DNA of 64,000 bases from a virus (taxonomy: Duplodnaviria > Caudoviricetes): IMG/VR virus record IMGVR_UViG_3300025000_000057; one strand, given 5' to 3'. This document shows positions 10,059-21,054 of the stretch, one piece after another. How positions within the stretch are numbered: the stretch's first letter is position 1; every line of letters begins with the position of its first letter. The position numbers were made by a program, and so were the translations under genes. The notes below the pieces were generated by a model. That model saw nothing but the letters and a program-made list of their open reading frames with translations, was not told where the DNA came from and searched no databases.

Positions 10059-10502
10059 TTATCCAAGTCTAAATGTTAATCTATGATCGATTTCTTTAAC
10101 AATCTTTAGATTCTCCACACCATATACTTTTGCCAAGCTCTCGACTGCTTTAACACAATCATCGATGCTGCTAAACGTATTGTAAATTACCCATACATTC
10201 GGAACGTTTACTTTGAGCGGCTTAAGCGCATATCCAAATACATTAACTGGAGTTGAGCTAGGAGAATAAGTAAATTTAGTCTCCATAATTTGCCTGCTAA
10301 TAGCACAAATACAGTTAGGAACTTGTTCTAAGATAACTGGCATTTTCTGTGCATCGGGAAACGTTTTATAGTCCTTTAAAGTATTAGCATCGTAAACAAG
10401 ATACTTATCAAGTATCGGTTGAACTACGTCCGTGTTTAACAAAGGTTGTCCTGTTTCCGGATGGAGCGGTCTATACATAACACTATACTTAACCGTCTTC
10501 AT
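10059..10502 (-). CDS. Hypothetical virion-module protein
   Basis: 147 aa, RBS GGAGGGT, co-linear in the late operon. Confidence 0.6.
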   Translation of the reverse strand: MKTVKYSVMYRPLHPETGQPLLNTDVVQPILDKYLVYDANTLKDYKTFPDAQKMPVILEQVPNCICAISRQIMETKFTYSPSSTPVNVFGYALKPLKVNVPNVWVIYNTFSSIDDCVKAVESLAKVYGVENLKIVKEIDHRLTFRLG

Positions 10503-10513
10503 ATCTTACCCTC

Positions 10514-13500
10514 CTAATCGTCAATTTTAATCTGGGTAATACTTTCAATCCATTGTTCTCTGGTACCTTTTGTTTTATCGAAGTGATGATCTGCATAATA
10601 CTTCAATAGCTTACTTAAAAGGATGTCGGAACTTATCTTACCTTTTGGTTTATCATCTTTGGCCTTGACTATCATCTCAGCATTGGTGAATTTACATCCC
10701 TCTAGGCTTATACCGGAAAGGTAACCAGTTGTATTGACCGGCCCACTAAATACAAACTTTATATTATGTTGACCCATTAGTACCCATTGTCTTACTTGAT
10801 TTACGGTACCGGTAGTTAATACTTTGATATCATCAATATAGAGATCTATCTTAGCTTCGATATTATCTGTATATGTGGAAAAGGCTAGGTAGCCATCTAC
10901 CCAGTTTGTTAGATTTAATGTAAGTGACGATTCACTTTGATTGGTATATATAATCGAGTTGCTGTTAATACTCCATCCGTTGTTTACAACTTCCCCAGGC
11001 TCTCCGATATAACCATGATATTCTTTTGATAGCCATTGTTCGTAATGTCTATTTATATAGAAATTAGAATCATAAAGAGCTATAGCTTCAGCATACCAGC
11101 GAACCATCTGGAATGCTTTCCTATACTCTCTACTACCATAAAGAGTTTCTTCGATTATACCGTAAAGATTCTCAAGTAAATGCATTAAGGTTGCTTGAGA
11201 TGTCATTAACATATATTTCTGCCAATGAACCCTAGTTAATTGTCTAATCAAGAGCATCATATCTACTAATACAGAAGCTTTGATAACTAACTTTTTCATA
11301 TTATGATCTTCTCGACCAACTTCTGAAAATTCCGGTAATGGATGCTCGATACATTTAGCAACTTTAACCATTGGAGTATTGACAGGTGATAAAGCCTGAT
11401 ATATTTCTCCTGTATTGTGATTTAGGATTTCAGCAATATCTTTAGCATAGTAATAATCTTTATCAGGAATTTGAAGTTTATCAAGTCCCTTACCATGAAG
11501 TTTCCATATTTCAAGCCATGTATCATCCCAATGACCCTGTAATTCTTCTGTTATAATACCAAGACGATTAACCTTAACATCTCCAACGGGAGGTAAATCT
11601 TCTTTAATTAAAGAAGATTGAATTGACTTTGCAACCGTCTCCGGTTTGGTTATACCGATTTCCTCACTTTTCGTTCCGGAAATATCATACTGTTTATGAC
11701 CAATATTGGGAATTTTAAGCATATTTAAAACTTTACTATCAAATATGTATCCAAGTAGTTTGTAGACCCCCTGGAGTATATTAGATAATGTTATTGGTAT
11801 AGACTTGTATACACCCAGAGGCCATTCATTAAAGATATTACCTCTTTCGGATACCGAGTTGCCAATAACTTGAGTGAATACTTTAACCATTTTATTGAGT
11901 TTCACTGTAATACCTGGAGTAGATATAACGACACCTTCATTAGTTTTTGGCAAACCTACTTTGACTTTATCTTCTAAACTATCGTAACCAACCTTGTCAG
12001 TATCGATTAATTGTCCAATAACAACTTCAACAGGACTTTTATTAGTAATCTCGATTTTATCTAATTCTACATTCCCAGAAACCTTGGTTAATATTTCATT
12101 ATCATCGTCAATTAAAACATTAATATTTTCAGTATTAACCAATAGTTCCTTGTTTATCTCCATAGGATTGTCAGACTTTAAAGCTGTCTTGATATCATCT
12201 GAAGCTGAAAGATTTCTTACAAACTTATATAAATAAAGAAGTGTTTTGCCAATAAACGTTATGAAATCTGATTTAACTGCATCTTGTGCATTAGTAAGTT
12301 TATTAAATAGTCTTTTATCTTTATGGGATATTATCTCTGACATACTAATAACACGACCGTCATTTTTCTTACAAAAGATATCTACAACCTCAACAAGTCC
12401 GTTATATTCGTTCTCCTCGGTTCGTATCCCGTTAATAGTAGAATTAGGATGGTTTATCTTTCTAGATATCCTAAAACCATGAATATCGCTTAACTGCTGT
12501 ATTTTATTAATTATTTTCCAGAGTACAAATCGTTTTTCTACATGTGATTCATGAAATTGTTTTCTAGTTCCGCAAGTCTCATTTTTAATATTAATAGTTC
12601 CATAAATATCTCTTTTCCCCTGGATATCTGGATATGTATAAGTCATTCTATATTTGTGTTTCCTGCTTAACATTAATTCTTTGGCAATAAGAATGTTAGT
12701 AATATTCTTATTGCCAAAGATTCTCATCAAATCTACATTTCCATTAAGTCTTTTTCTAAACATAATCTTAATTACTTTATCCGAAGCAGCAGATCTGTTT
12801 TTACGAATACTGTCAAGATCGTTTGCTACGTCTAGTAACTTAGACGTATTCTTTAATTGGATATCTGGTTTTATTTCGAATGCTGACATGGGTTTTATGA
12901 AGCCATTATTCTCTAAAACCAGTTCTCCAAATGTCATCCATTTCTCAAGTATAATATCCTGATTGTTATATATAAACTCCTTAATAATTTTGATAGAAGA
13001 TATTGATTTAATAACAGAACTATTTATATTTATTCTAATTGAATATATCGTATCGTCTATATTGCCATTGTTGAAACATTGTGTAGCATATATTTCGAGA
13101 TTATCAGTACCAATTTTAGGAGATTTGAGATTATTGGGTTCTTTAATAATTATCCCATTTATCCAGGATAACGTTCCAATAGTTCCTTTTGTCGTAAGAC
13201 CTTTAAGAGATATTCTTCTAATACCACTAAAGGCTTTACTAATATATTGACCAAATCTCTCAGCAATCCCTACATACATTTTATCCTGAAATGCTATAGC
13301 TTGACTTTCTCTATCAGCGGCTACATCATTACTCAGATTTACACCAACGTTATCTAGATGACCAGTATATGGCCGGTCTATAACGAACATAGATGTATAA
13401 ATACTATCACCTAGGTTAGATTGATTTATTGTAAGTCCCGCCCTATCGGTTATACCAAATGGTAAACTATCAGATATGCCATTACTTGTAGGAATAATTC

Positions 13501-13651
13501 CACAGATAGCTTCATCTATAATAGCTTCGTATATAGAGATAGGAATATACCCAAGCACCATGTAAGTAGTGCTTGGGTTATCTGAGAAAGTAAGTATGCA
13601 ATTAGCAATCTTTAAATCCGGGTAGAAAGCTAATGAGTACAATATAGACAC
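10514..13651 (-). CDS. Large hypothetical virion protein (1045 aa), quasi-periodic central region
   Basis: Long ORF in the late operon; AT-rich central part with Lys recurring at roughly 15-aa spacing. Confidence 0.65.
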   Translation of the reverse strand: MSILYSLAFYPDLKIANCILTFSDNPSTTYMVLGYIPISIYEAIIDEAICGIIPTSNGISDSLPFGITDRAGLTINQSNLGDSIYTSMFVIDRPYTGHLDNVGVNLSNDVAADRESQAIAFQDKMYVGIAERFGQYISKAFSGIRRISLKGLTTKGTIGTLSWINGIIIKEPNNLKSPKIGTDNLEIYATQCFNNGNIDDTIYSIRININSSVIKSISSIKIIKEFIYNNQDIILEKWMTFGELVLENNGFIKPMSAFEIKPDIQLKNTSKLLDVANDLDSIRKNRSAASDKVIKIMFRKRLNGNVDLMRIFGNKNITNILIAKELMLSRKHKYRMTYTYPDIQGKRDIYGTINIKNETCGTRKQFHESHVEKRFVLWKIINKIQQLSDIHGFRISRKINHPNSTINGIRTEENEYNGLVEVVDIFCKKNDGRVISMSEIISHKDKRLFNKLTNAQDAVKSDFITFIGKTLLYLYKFVRNLSASDDIKTALKSDNPMEINKELLVNTENINVLIDDDNEILTKVSGNVELDKIEITNKSPVEVVIGQLIDTDKVGYDSLEDKVKVGLPKTNEGVVISTPGITVKLNKMVKVFTQVIGNSVSERGNIFNEWPLGVYKSIPITLSNILQGVYKLLGYIFDSKVLNMLKIPNIGHKQYDISGTKSEEIGITKPETVAKSIQSSLIKEDLPPVGDVKVNRLGIITEELQGHWDDTWLEIWKLHGKGLDKLQIPDKDYYYAKDIAEILNHNTGEIYQALSPVNTPMVKVAKCIEHPLPEFSEVGREDHNMKKLVIKASVLVDMMLLIRQLTRVHWQKYMLMTSQATLMHLLENLYGIIEETLYGSREYRKAFQMVRWYAEAIALYDSNFYINRHYEQWLSKEYHGYIGEPGEVVNNGWSINSNSIIYTNQSESSLTLNLTNWVDGYLAFSTYTDNIEAKIDLYIDDIKVLTTGTVNQVRQWVLMGQHNIKFVFSGPVNTTGYLSGISLEGCKFTNAEMIVKAKDDKPKGKISSDILLSKLLKYYADHHFDKTKGTREQWIESITQIKIDD

Positions 13652-13664
13652 CCCCGGAGGTTAT

Positions 13665-16600
13665 TTAACTTTTCTTAATAGCGAGACCGTACATTGAATT
13701 TGGACTGTTAGTTAACATACTGTGCGGCGCATTAATAGTGAAATATTTATAATATTTCTCAACACTTTCCCGTGCGCTGTAAGTAAGTTGCACATCATCC
13801 ATGTCAACAGCTACAACTCCATCGATCTCGGCCGAACTCTGGTCAATAGTTTTAAGATCGATCCTAAAACAGTTGTTACTAGAATCCCAACTCATCCTAC
13901 CGTATATTTCTCTGGTCTGAACGTCCTTTACAGGTTGACCGTCCGATGTCCGTAAGGTGACTTTATTAAACGGAGGGTCGATCAATGTCCCTATTTGTTC
14001 AGATTCGCTAGAAGCTTGCGCTGTCGCTGCCGGTAATTTACCTACAATCTTCATAGTTTGAGCTTCTGTAGAGAAATCATTAAAGACCATTTCAGATACG
14101 CCAGTAGATAAAGATACACCTTTGATTACTTTCTCAATTACTTCTACCTTACCTTTATCTACCGTTAATTCGTCAAGCGGTGCGATAGAGATACTATCCA
14201 CAGCTAATACTCCATCTAGCGCTCCGCGATGACCATCGAATAAATGTAAAACATTTACTAATGATAGATGAAAATGACCAGTCCAACGGGACGGATTAAA
14301 AGCATTCTTACTCATGAATTCTTCCGGCGTGGTGAAGGCTATTCTATGTCGCTGAAAGAAAGCTCCTCCGCGAGTTTTAAACATAGCAACATCACCTACT
14401 CCGGTAGCAGTATCAAGACCCCATTTATCTGGATACTTAATATCCGTAACGAGTCCGAATAATGGATCTCTTACTACACCTGGAGTTGGAGTACCATAAT
14501 AGCTTGGAATACTATCAGTAGGTAATATTGTCACATCTGAATCAATCCAAGAGACGATGCCACCAATGTCAGTAGACCTACCCACCAATTTGTAATTAGC
14601 AAGAGCATTGATACTTGGATCTGTAGTTTTATCACCTTCGACTTTATAACGATAAATACGCCAACCTTTTGAATAAAGAGGTGTCTTAAATTCTATAAAT
14701 ATAGACACATTAGCAGTAGCCGGACTTCCATCTGCATATATAGCCATCGGACTTGAGGCAGGAGATTCTCCACCATCATCCATGAATGTAACTATATAAG
14801 AGTAGGTCGTCCCGCCTTCATGATTACCACCAACATCTATTCTTGCGGTAATACTATTAATAATGACTTTCTCTTTAGGAATGGTACCAAGCTTAGCAGG
14901 TATTGTAGAAGAGCCTACGCTCATGGCAAAGTTACCTGCAGTATCATTAACGCTCTTAGGTAAAGCTTCGAGTTTACCGAAATATCCAAATGAGCAAAGA
15001 TAATTTTCGGTATCAATTGACGGTTCGCCCATAAGTATCAATACCAATCTATTCTTATTAACAGATAACCAGAATTGAATTGGGATACCATCAATTAAGT
15101 TTGGTATCTGGATTTGATTAAGCAACAAGCCGCCAGCTAAGTTAGCTATACCACCGGTAAAGTTCTTCAGTCCAATATTAATCTCTTCCCAGTCGCGGAA
15201 CCATGAGAATTTAGCCCAGTCGGATACATGAGCTCCCCGAGTAACAACATTACCGTAACTATCTATAACATCGGGTACAGGGCCGTTATGAATATAATCA
15301 TAGTCTACGGTAACCTTATCTGTAGGAAGGTTTACTTTTGGAAAAGTGATAGTACCATTCATTGCTCCTATCGTATAATCGCCAGGTGCTAAGTTTTCTG
15401 TTATAGTAAACCTAAATTCTGCCGGAGTCGGCAAAACCTCATCTTGTCCGTATACGGGACTTATATCTGTAAATCCGAGAGCACCAGAAAGTCCAGGACT
15501 CGAACCGTTAAGATTAACAGTAGCAGTAGCGCCAGCCCGAGCTGAAGTGATTGTCAGTTTTGTACCATCATCTCCTACAACAAATGTCTCACCACTATCG
15601 GCCCCTGTATATACAGCATTAATATCATTTTGTAAGGCAGTTTTAATCTGTGTAATCGTAAGAGCCGTAACTGAACCATTCAGAGTTAATGTAGAAGTCA
15701 TAGGTATAGATCTTTCATTCAGAGTAAGGTTCTGACCACTGTAAGTCACACCGTAGTTAACGTTAAGACCAGGAGTATTAATTGCAGTCTTAATAGGACT
15801 TATAACCGGATGACCTGCATTGTAAACTACATTATTTGTAACAGCAGATATAACACCAATCGAACCCTCACTTAGAGTTACCGTGAGCATATCTGTAGAT
15901 GGCGTTACTTGAGTAAGTATAACAGTATTTTCACTTACAGATTGAGTAAATAATCCGTCAGCTGCTATAGCCTGTGCCAAGGCGGTGACAGTCGTTGCCG
16001 CATCAATACCTGTAAAGAAATCTATCCCGGACTTATACTCTACTCCATTAACGATTATAATATCTCCAGCACCTTCGCCCAGTAACTGTCCGTTTAATTT
16101 AACTACGGGCGAATTTTCTGTAGTATGCATCAGGTTATTATGAAATAGACTATAAACTTGATACTGTGTATCAAGCGGTTTAGCGACTTCTCCCAATATG
16201 TGTACAATATCGGTATAATTGTCAAAAATGCGACACATTATATGATGTTGATTACGACTGGTAGAAATAACAGTACCATTTTCATCTTTATAAGAAGCAA
16301 GACCGGTTTCAGGATTAATAAGATACTTTGGTTTATAAAGTTCAACGTACATAGTAATTTTTTCCGTATTAAGAGACGGATCGATTATATCATTTTGAAG
16401 TTTCGCCTCCGGAGTTATAATTACCGGATAGGTTGTTGTTTTGAAGATCACTCGTTCATTATCCTGGTCAATGCCGGTACCAATAGCATTTAACGCCCCT
16501 TCTACACCGTCATCATCCCAGTCGTAAGTCATGATAACTACGTCACCTGGCGAATGCTTAGAATAAAATGTGACAATACCGCTAATATAGTCAATAATGT

Positions 16601-16874
16601 AAGTACCGATTTCCGGAACTACGTTATTTATCTTTAAGATAGGAGTGGTATCTTCTTTAATCGGGCGTTTGCTAGTTTTGTAATTTATCTGATCTGTTGA
16701 AAATAAAGCCTCAGTAATATCAGTTACTTTGGCGAACTTAGTAGGATCGGGATAAACTAACTCCCATTTATCTTCATCATGGAATATACCCTTATCATCC
16801 ACTGGTTTGCATATCGCCTTACCAATAGCTTTAAGGATATAATTAGAGTTGCTAAACCCTTCAGTCCATGTCAA
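13665..16874 (-). CDS. Tail fibre/baseplate-associated protein (1069 aa)
   Basis: Repeated Y.ID..SG.VTF modules; Fn3-like YSYIVTF....GES.AS segment; C-terminal module shared with 27301-29235. Confidence 0.6.
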   Translation of the reverse strand: MTWTEGFSNSNYILKAIGKAICKPVDDKGIFHDEDKWELVYPDPTKFAKVTDITEALFSTDQINYKTSKRPIKEDTTPILKINNVVPEIGTYIIDYISGIVTFYSKHSPGDVVIMTYDWDDDGVEGALNAIGTGIDQDNERVIFKTTTYPVIITPEAKLQNDIIDPSLNTEKITMYVELYKPKYLINPETGLASYKDENGTVISTSRNQHHIMCRIFDNYTDIVHILGEVAKPLDTQYQVYSLFHNNLMHTTENSPVVKLNGQLLGEGAGDIIIVNGVEYKSGIDFFTGIDAATTVTALAQAIAADGLFTQSVSENTVILTQVTPSTDMLTVTLSEGSIGVISAVTNNVVYNAGHPVISPIKTAINTPGLNVNYGVTYSGQNLTLNERSIPMTSTLTLNGSVTALTITQIKTALQNDINAVYTGADSGETFVVGDDGTKLTITSARAGATATVNLNGSSPGLSGALGFTDISPVYGQDEVLPTPAEFRFTITENLAPGDYTIGAMNGTITFPKVNLPTDKVTVDYDYIHNGPVPDVIDSYGNVVTRGAHVSDWAKFSWFRDWEEINIGLKNFTGGIANLAGGLLLNQIQIPNLIDGIPIQFWLSVNKNRLVLILMGEPSIDTENYLCSFGYFGKLEALPKSVNDTAGNFAMSVGSSTIPAKLGTIPKEKVIINSITARIDVGGNHEGGTTYSYIVTFMDDGGESPASSPMAIYADGSPATANVSIFIEFKTPLYSKGWRIYRYKVEGDKTTDPSINALANYKLVGRSTDIGGIVSWIDSDVTILPTDSIPSYYGTPTPGVVRDPLFGLVTDIKYPDKWGLDTATGVGDVAMFKTRGGAFFQRHRIAFTTPEEFMSKNAFNPSRWTGHFHLSLVNVLHLFDGHRGALDGVLAVDSISIAPLDELTVDKGKVEVIEKVIKGVSLSTGVSEMVFNDFSTEAQTMKIVGKLPAATAQASSESEQIGTLIDPPFNKVTLRTSDGQPVKDVQTREIYGRMSWDSSNNCFRIDLKTIDQSSAEIDGVVAVDMDDVQLTYSARESVEKYYKYFTINAPHSMLTNSPNSMYGLAIKKS

Positions 16875-16888
16875 CTACATTACCTCCT

Positions 16889-17308
16889 TTACTTTCTCAT
16901 AACGAGGTCTACGTAAACGATCTTACTAGTACAAGAATTGTTTAAGAATTCAAACTTAATTACCGTACCAGCTATTACCGGAATTGCAGCTATACTTACT
17001 CCTTCGTGTAGTTCTTTCGTATATATGGTCTCACAGGTAGGTATAGTTTCATCACCAACCCAGAGTTGCCAGTAGTCACTATCCGAATAACCGGAGCAGC
17101 CTACATTAATTTGAAACAAGTCTACATCCATCTCCGGTGTGTAAGAGAATTCATAAGTACCTTCAAGAGCTGGTACTTCGAGCCTAAAGCCTTTAGTATA
17201 CCGTTTAATCTTAGTACCAAAGATATGTTCTGGAAGACGGAGCTGGCCGGCGTCTTTGATAGATACCATACCGTCAACCACGTATGCAACCATAAAATCG
17301 CCAGCCAT
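16889..17308 (-). CDS. Hypothetical virion protein
   Basis: 139 aa, beta-rich, in the late operon. Confidence 0.6.
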   Translation of the reverse strand: MAGDFMVAYVVDGMVSIKDAGQLRLPEHIFGTKIKRYTKGFRLEVPALEGTYEFSYTPEMDVDLFQINVGCSGYSDSDYWQLWVGDETIPTCETIYTKELHEGVSIAAIPVIAGTVIKFEFLNNSCTSKIVYVDLVMRK

Positions 17309-18274
17309 TTAAATCACCTCTCCCAAAGTTATAATAATCATAGTACTACCATCATTCATGGCTTGAGTTGCCACATTATACTTAGTCTGGTCGACTTCTT
17401 CAACAGGGGCTATTTCATTAAAGGCATCTTGTGTAGTAATCTTGATAGCACTACTAAGTAATGCTTCATCTACTAGTACGCCTGCCGGGACAATTGCTGT
17501 AATAGTACGTAAGTTTAGAGCTACGTTAACCCAATCGGGATCTGGAAATGTGACAATCTCTTCAGGTAATACTAAGACCTCATCATTATACAGATCCTCT
17601 GGTGTTACTGGATTGTCTGGTGTATTCTTTACACCAAAGGTACATATCCCACACCAATCTCCAGTATTACCAGCTGCATCTATAGCCCTAACACGCCAAT
17701 AGTAGGTCTTATCTTCTAATACAATGTCGGGCGTAACCTCTGGTTTGGTTACAATACCTCTCCAAGTATACGGATCTAGGTTGTTAAATTGAGAGATTTC
17801 GAATTCGTATCTTTCCGCATTTGCCACTACGGGCCACGTAAAGGTTATAGTCTCTCCGGTAACAACACTCTCATCGGTAGGAGAAACTAAACTGATATCC
17901 GGAGCTAGTAACGTCGGATTAAATACCGTCCGAAAGGTGACTGTAAAACTTCCCGCCATAGGATATCCAAGGATAGACTGAATACCGGTAAACTTCTTTT
18001 CCGGGTCTAATACATCATCACCTGCTATAGTAATTCGGTAAACTGTATTAGGAGTCCACATTGGTTCAGGACGAATTGTAGCCACCATATCTTTGTAATC
18101 TACATTTATAGGTATCCGATTTCCAGTAGCTTGCTCGTTAGCAAATATCGAAATAAGTGTACTAATATCTATATCCGTATTAAATACAATTCTAACAACT
18201 TGACTAGTTGGGATTTCAGCTACGCCGTTGGGAGGATCTGTACTTACTACATAGGGCAACATAGCAATACCCAT
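17309..18274 (-). CDS. Ig-like (Big_5-type) + Fn3-like virion decoration protein
   Basis: VVSTDPPNG..EIPTSQVVRIVFNTDID...L.P...W.PNTVYRITI; then PVVANAERYEFEIS...KTYYWRVRAIDAAGNTGDW. Confidence 0.7.
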   Translation of the reverse strand: MGIAMLPYVVSTDPPNGVAEIPTSQVVRIVFNTDIDISTLISIFANEQATGNRIPINVDYKDMVATIRPEPMWTPNTVYRITIAGDDVLDPEKKFTGIQSILGYPMAGSFTVTFRTVFNPTLLAPDISLVSPTDESVVTGETITFTWPVVANAERYEFEISQFNNLDPYTWRGIVTKPEVTPDIVLEDKTYYWRVRAIDAAGNTGDWCGICTFGVKNTPDNPVTPEDLYNDEVLVLPEEIVTFPDPDWVNVALNLRTITAIVPAGVLVDEALLSSAIKITTQDAFNEIAPVEEVDQTKYNVATQAMNDGSTMIIITLGEVI

Positions 18275-18286
18275 GATATCTCCCTC

Positions 18287-18715
18287 TTACTTCTTATTCT
18301 TATCTTCTTGAGCAGCGGGTTTTGTCGAAGCTTTTGTCGAGGATTTAACCACTGGCTCTACAGGTTTTACTTCCTCTTGTTTGTCGCTCTGTTCAGGGGG
18401 TTTACTTTCGGAAGTACCGTCATTACCGGGGTCGGGATTGTCCGAGTTTGAGCTCCCCTCTGAATTGTAGTTTTCTGTGTCTTCTTCTTTTTCTCCGTTG
18501 TCGATGAATTCGCCATCTTGTTTTTTAACACCACCTAATACGGTACCATTTACATCAATAAGTTTACCTGATTTCACACCCCGAAGAATGTACTTTAAGT
18601 TAGCGTCTAGAGGGAGAGTACCCTCTAGACGAAAACCAGGTGCTAAGGCGAACTTATTAATAGGGCACCAGAACTGGTCAGCATTAGCTACGTTCAATCT
18701 TAAACGATGTTCCAT
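18287..18715 (-). CDS. Hypothetical head-associated protein with acidic/low-complexity tail
   Basis: Immediately downstream of the capsid gene; RBS GGAGGT. Confidence 0.6.
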   Translation of the reverse strand: MEHRLRLNVANADQFWCPINKFALAPGFRLEGTLPLDANLKYILRGVKSGKLIDVNGTVLGGVKKQDGEFIDNGEKEEDTENYNSEGSSNSDNPDPGNDGTSESKPPEQSDKQEEVKPVEPVVKSSTKASTKPAAQEDKNKK

Positions 18716-18734
18716 TTCTGATACCTCCGTTTAT

Positions 18735-19877
18735 TTAGGGAGCTTGTACAGTCTGAATAGGTTGACCTTCAATACGAGCACGAATAAGTCTCGGTTGCAG
18801 GTAGCTAACATCGAGTTTGATATTTCTGGCTACCGCGATACCACGACCTTGATGGAAGATACCAATACCGTATTTCTCTTTCAACTTGATATTGTAAATA
18901 TCCCTGGTTGGATCGTTAAATTTCTCGGTAGATAAGCCCTCTTTCTGGAGAATTATACCGATATTGTTCTTATCAATACAGTACATATCGTACCGTTTAC
19001 GATTCCAGTCAAGAGGGATAAACGGACTTAGCATTAAATCAAAGGCAAATGGAATACGTCCTTGTAAGCTGCCAGGGCCAAGTTTAAAGGCACTGGGTTG
19101 ATCTGTAGCCGGATACAGATTCATGCCGCCCATTACCTGATTCATTAACTCCTGCTTAGCAAAAGTAATCCAGGTTAATGGATGCATCAAGATGGTATTT
19201 GGATCCATTTCATTTAACATAACAGCGATAATCAGGTCGAGGAAATCCTCTACACTGAAAGTATCATTTACGTTACCATCTACATCAAGACCGGAAGTTG
19301 CAGATAAACCACCGGTAACCGTTTTAACAACCGGATCGTTATCAAATACCGTATGACCGTGCAATGTAAACTGACGGAAACATTTCTGCTCCTTATGTCG
19401 TGTCATTGCGCGACCGGCTTGCTCAATCATCATTTGAATAACTTCCCACTGAGAGTCTTTTACAACTTCGTCGGTGTACTGAATCCTGATACCAGACTTA
19501 CCGATACGGATTTCGACTCCTTCGAATTGTTCGCTATCAATGGTGGCTGTCGGCCATTCTTGACCTTCTGCAATATCGTTAGCTTTCATCGGGCCATATG
19601 TAGGGAATACATACAGAGCGCCGGAGTTTGGCATATTCACGGTTTTCATAAACTGGGAAGCTACGGCTACAGGTTCGCCTGCAAGACGAGCTGCCATTAC
19701 AATAGTCTTAGGAATTAATATTGTAGCAGATGGACTGGATAGATATTCTTTAACATGAGGCGGACTTGAAATCTCGCCCTTTTGCCAGGCTTCGTACTGC
19801 TTTGCTAACTCAAGGTCTTTCTCGGTAACCTTTCCCTTGAGTTCTGTAAGTTCGGCTTCAGTAAAGATTTGTGCCAT
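18735..19877 (-). CDS. Major capsid protein (HK97-like fold, putative)
   Basis: 380 aa downstream of protease and decoration genes; IPKTIV..A...A.DIAEGQEWP...I.KSG.RIQYTDEVVKDSQWEVI...AGRAM.RHKEQK pattern. Confidence 0.85.
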   Translation of the reverse strand: MAQIFTEAELTELKGKVTEKDLELAKQYEAWQKGEISSPPHVKEYLSSPSATILIPKTIVMAARLAGEPVAVASQFMKTVNMPNSGALYVFPTYGPMKANDIAEGQEWPTATIDSEQFEGVEIRIGKSGIRIQYTDEVVKDSQWEVIQMMIEQAGRAMTRHKEQKCFRQFTLHGHTVFDNDPVVKTVTGGLSATSGLDVDGNVNDTFSVEDFLDLIIAVMLNEMDPNTILMHPLTWITFAKQELMNQVMGGMNLYPATDQPSAFKLGPGSLQGRIPFAFDLMLSPFIPLDWNRKRYDMYCIDKNNIGIILQKEGLSTEKFNDPTRDIYNIKLKEKYGIGIFHQGRGIAVARNIKLDVSYLQPRLIRARIEGQPIQTVQAP

Positions 19878-19911
19878 TCGAAGTTCCTCCTTGTGTCAAT
19901 TTAAACGATTA

Positions 19912-21027
19912 TTATCGGAGTAATAGACGTACCATACCAGAAAAGCCCACTGTATCCCAACTAGTTGGAGTACCGGGGAACTTCTTCTTAAACTCAACCA
20001 GTACAGAGGTCAGAGCGTCATAGTCTTTATCTGCAGTAAAGGTCACAATACCAAGATCATGATCGACTGTATATGTTGACAAATCCATTACATTATTACC
20101 AACAGTAACCTTTACACTGTCTTGAATAATAGCTTTATACGGCATCGTCCAAATAACTTGAGCACCGGTTAATGTACCGGCAGGTATAATACCGTCATAA
20201 CTTTGGTTTTCACGATTACCGCCATCAGTTAGACCAGGAATTCCATTTGGAAATCTTGTATACTGATTCATATAACCATTGATATCGAAACGACCATCAC
20301 GGTATTCAGGATCGAATGGATATGCATAATCACTACCGTTAACAGTTTGTATGGTATTGGGCTGAAGTTCTTTACCACCATAGTTGACATAAACATCATC
20401 TTGGCGCTTAGCTGCTTCATCCCACATGACCCATTTGAACCATCCCCATGGTTCAACATCCATTTCAACGCCCATGATTTGGCCAAGTACTTGCCAGTAA
20501 TCGTCTGCAGTCTTATCGAATTTGTCATATTTACCAAGCAGCATATTGCGGCCATTTAAAGTGAGTATATCTTTACTAACCTTTAAGATATCGCCAGGCT
20601 TAATATCGCCCCAGCAACAACCGTAATTAACCTGAGCCGCATCTTCTTTACGACGAAACCAGGGGATCTCAACATACTGACGACGTAAGATGTTAGGATC
20701 GTTACCTTCAAAGCGATCTAAACGCCCAACGCAAAGATTATACGGAGCGGCCCCGATAAAAGCATTAGCACCGTCAGCCAAGGTCATTACAGGTAAATGT
20801 GTACCATACTTAAAAGACTTGACTAAAGTTGGTTTTAATGCACAAGCCATACCTTTACCAATAACAACCTCGGTTTGGCCAGGCTTACCAAAGGGATTTG
20901 AAAATAAGACAGGAAGTGTCTGATCAAGCTGCCATTCTTCACTAGGTGAAACACCTTCGGACACGAAGAATCGGCGCATATCTGTACGAGAGTTAGCTTT
21001 TGCTTTCATACCATCAAATAGTGCCAT
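19912..21027 (-). CDS. Capsid-associated (decoration/cement) protein, putative
   Basis: Between protease and capsid genes with a strong RBS; VVIGKG.A motif; YTVD...GIVTF module at the C-terminus. Confidence 0.55.
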   Translation of the reverse strand: MALFDGMKAKANSRTDMRRFFVSEGVSPSEEWQLDQTLPVLFSNPFGKPGQTEVVIGKGMACALKPTLVKSFKYGTHLPVMTLADGANAFIGAAPYNLCVGRLDRFEGNDPNILRRQYVEIPWFRRKEDAAQVNYGCCWGDIKPGDILKVSKDILTLNGRNMLLGKYDKFDKTADDYWQVLGQIMGVEMDVEPWGWFKWVMWDEAAKRQDDVYVNYGGKELQPNTIQTVNGSDYAYPFDPEYRDGRFDINGYMNQYTRFPNGIPGLTDGGNRENQSYDGIIPAGTLTGAQVIWTMPYKAIIQDSVKVTVGNNVMDLSTYTVDHDLGIVTFTADKDYDALTSVLVEFKKKFPGTPTSWDTVGFSGMVRLLLR

Positions 21028-21054
21028 TCGTAGTTCCTCCTTATAACTAATTAC

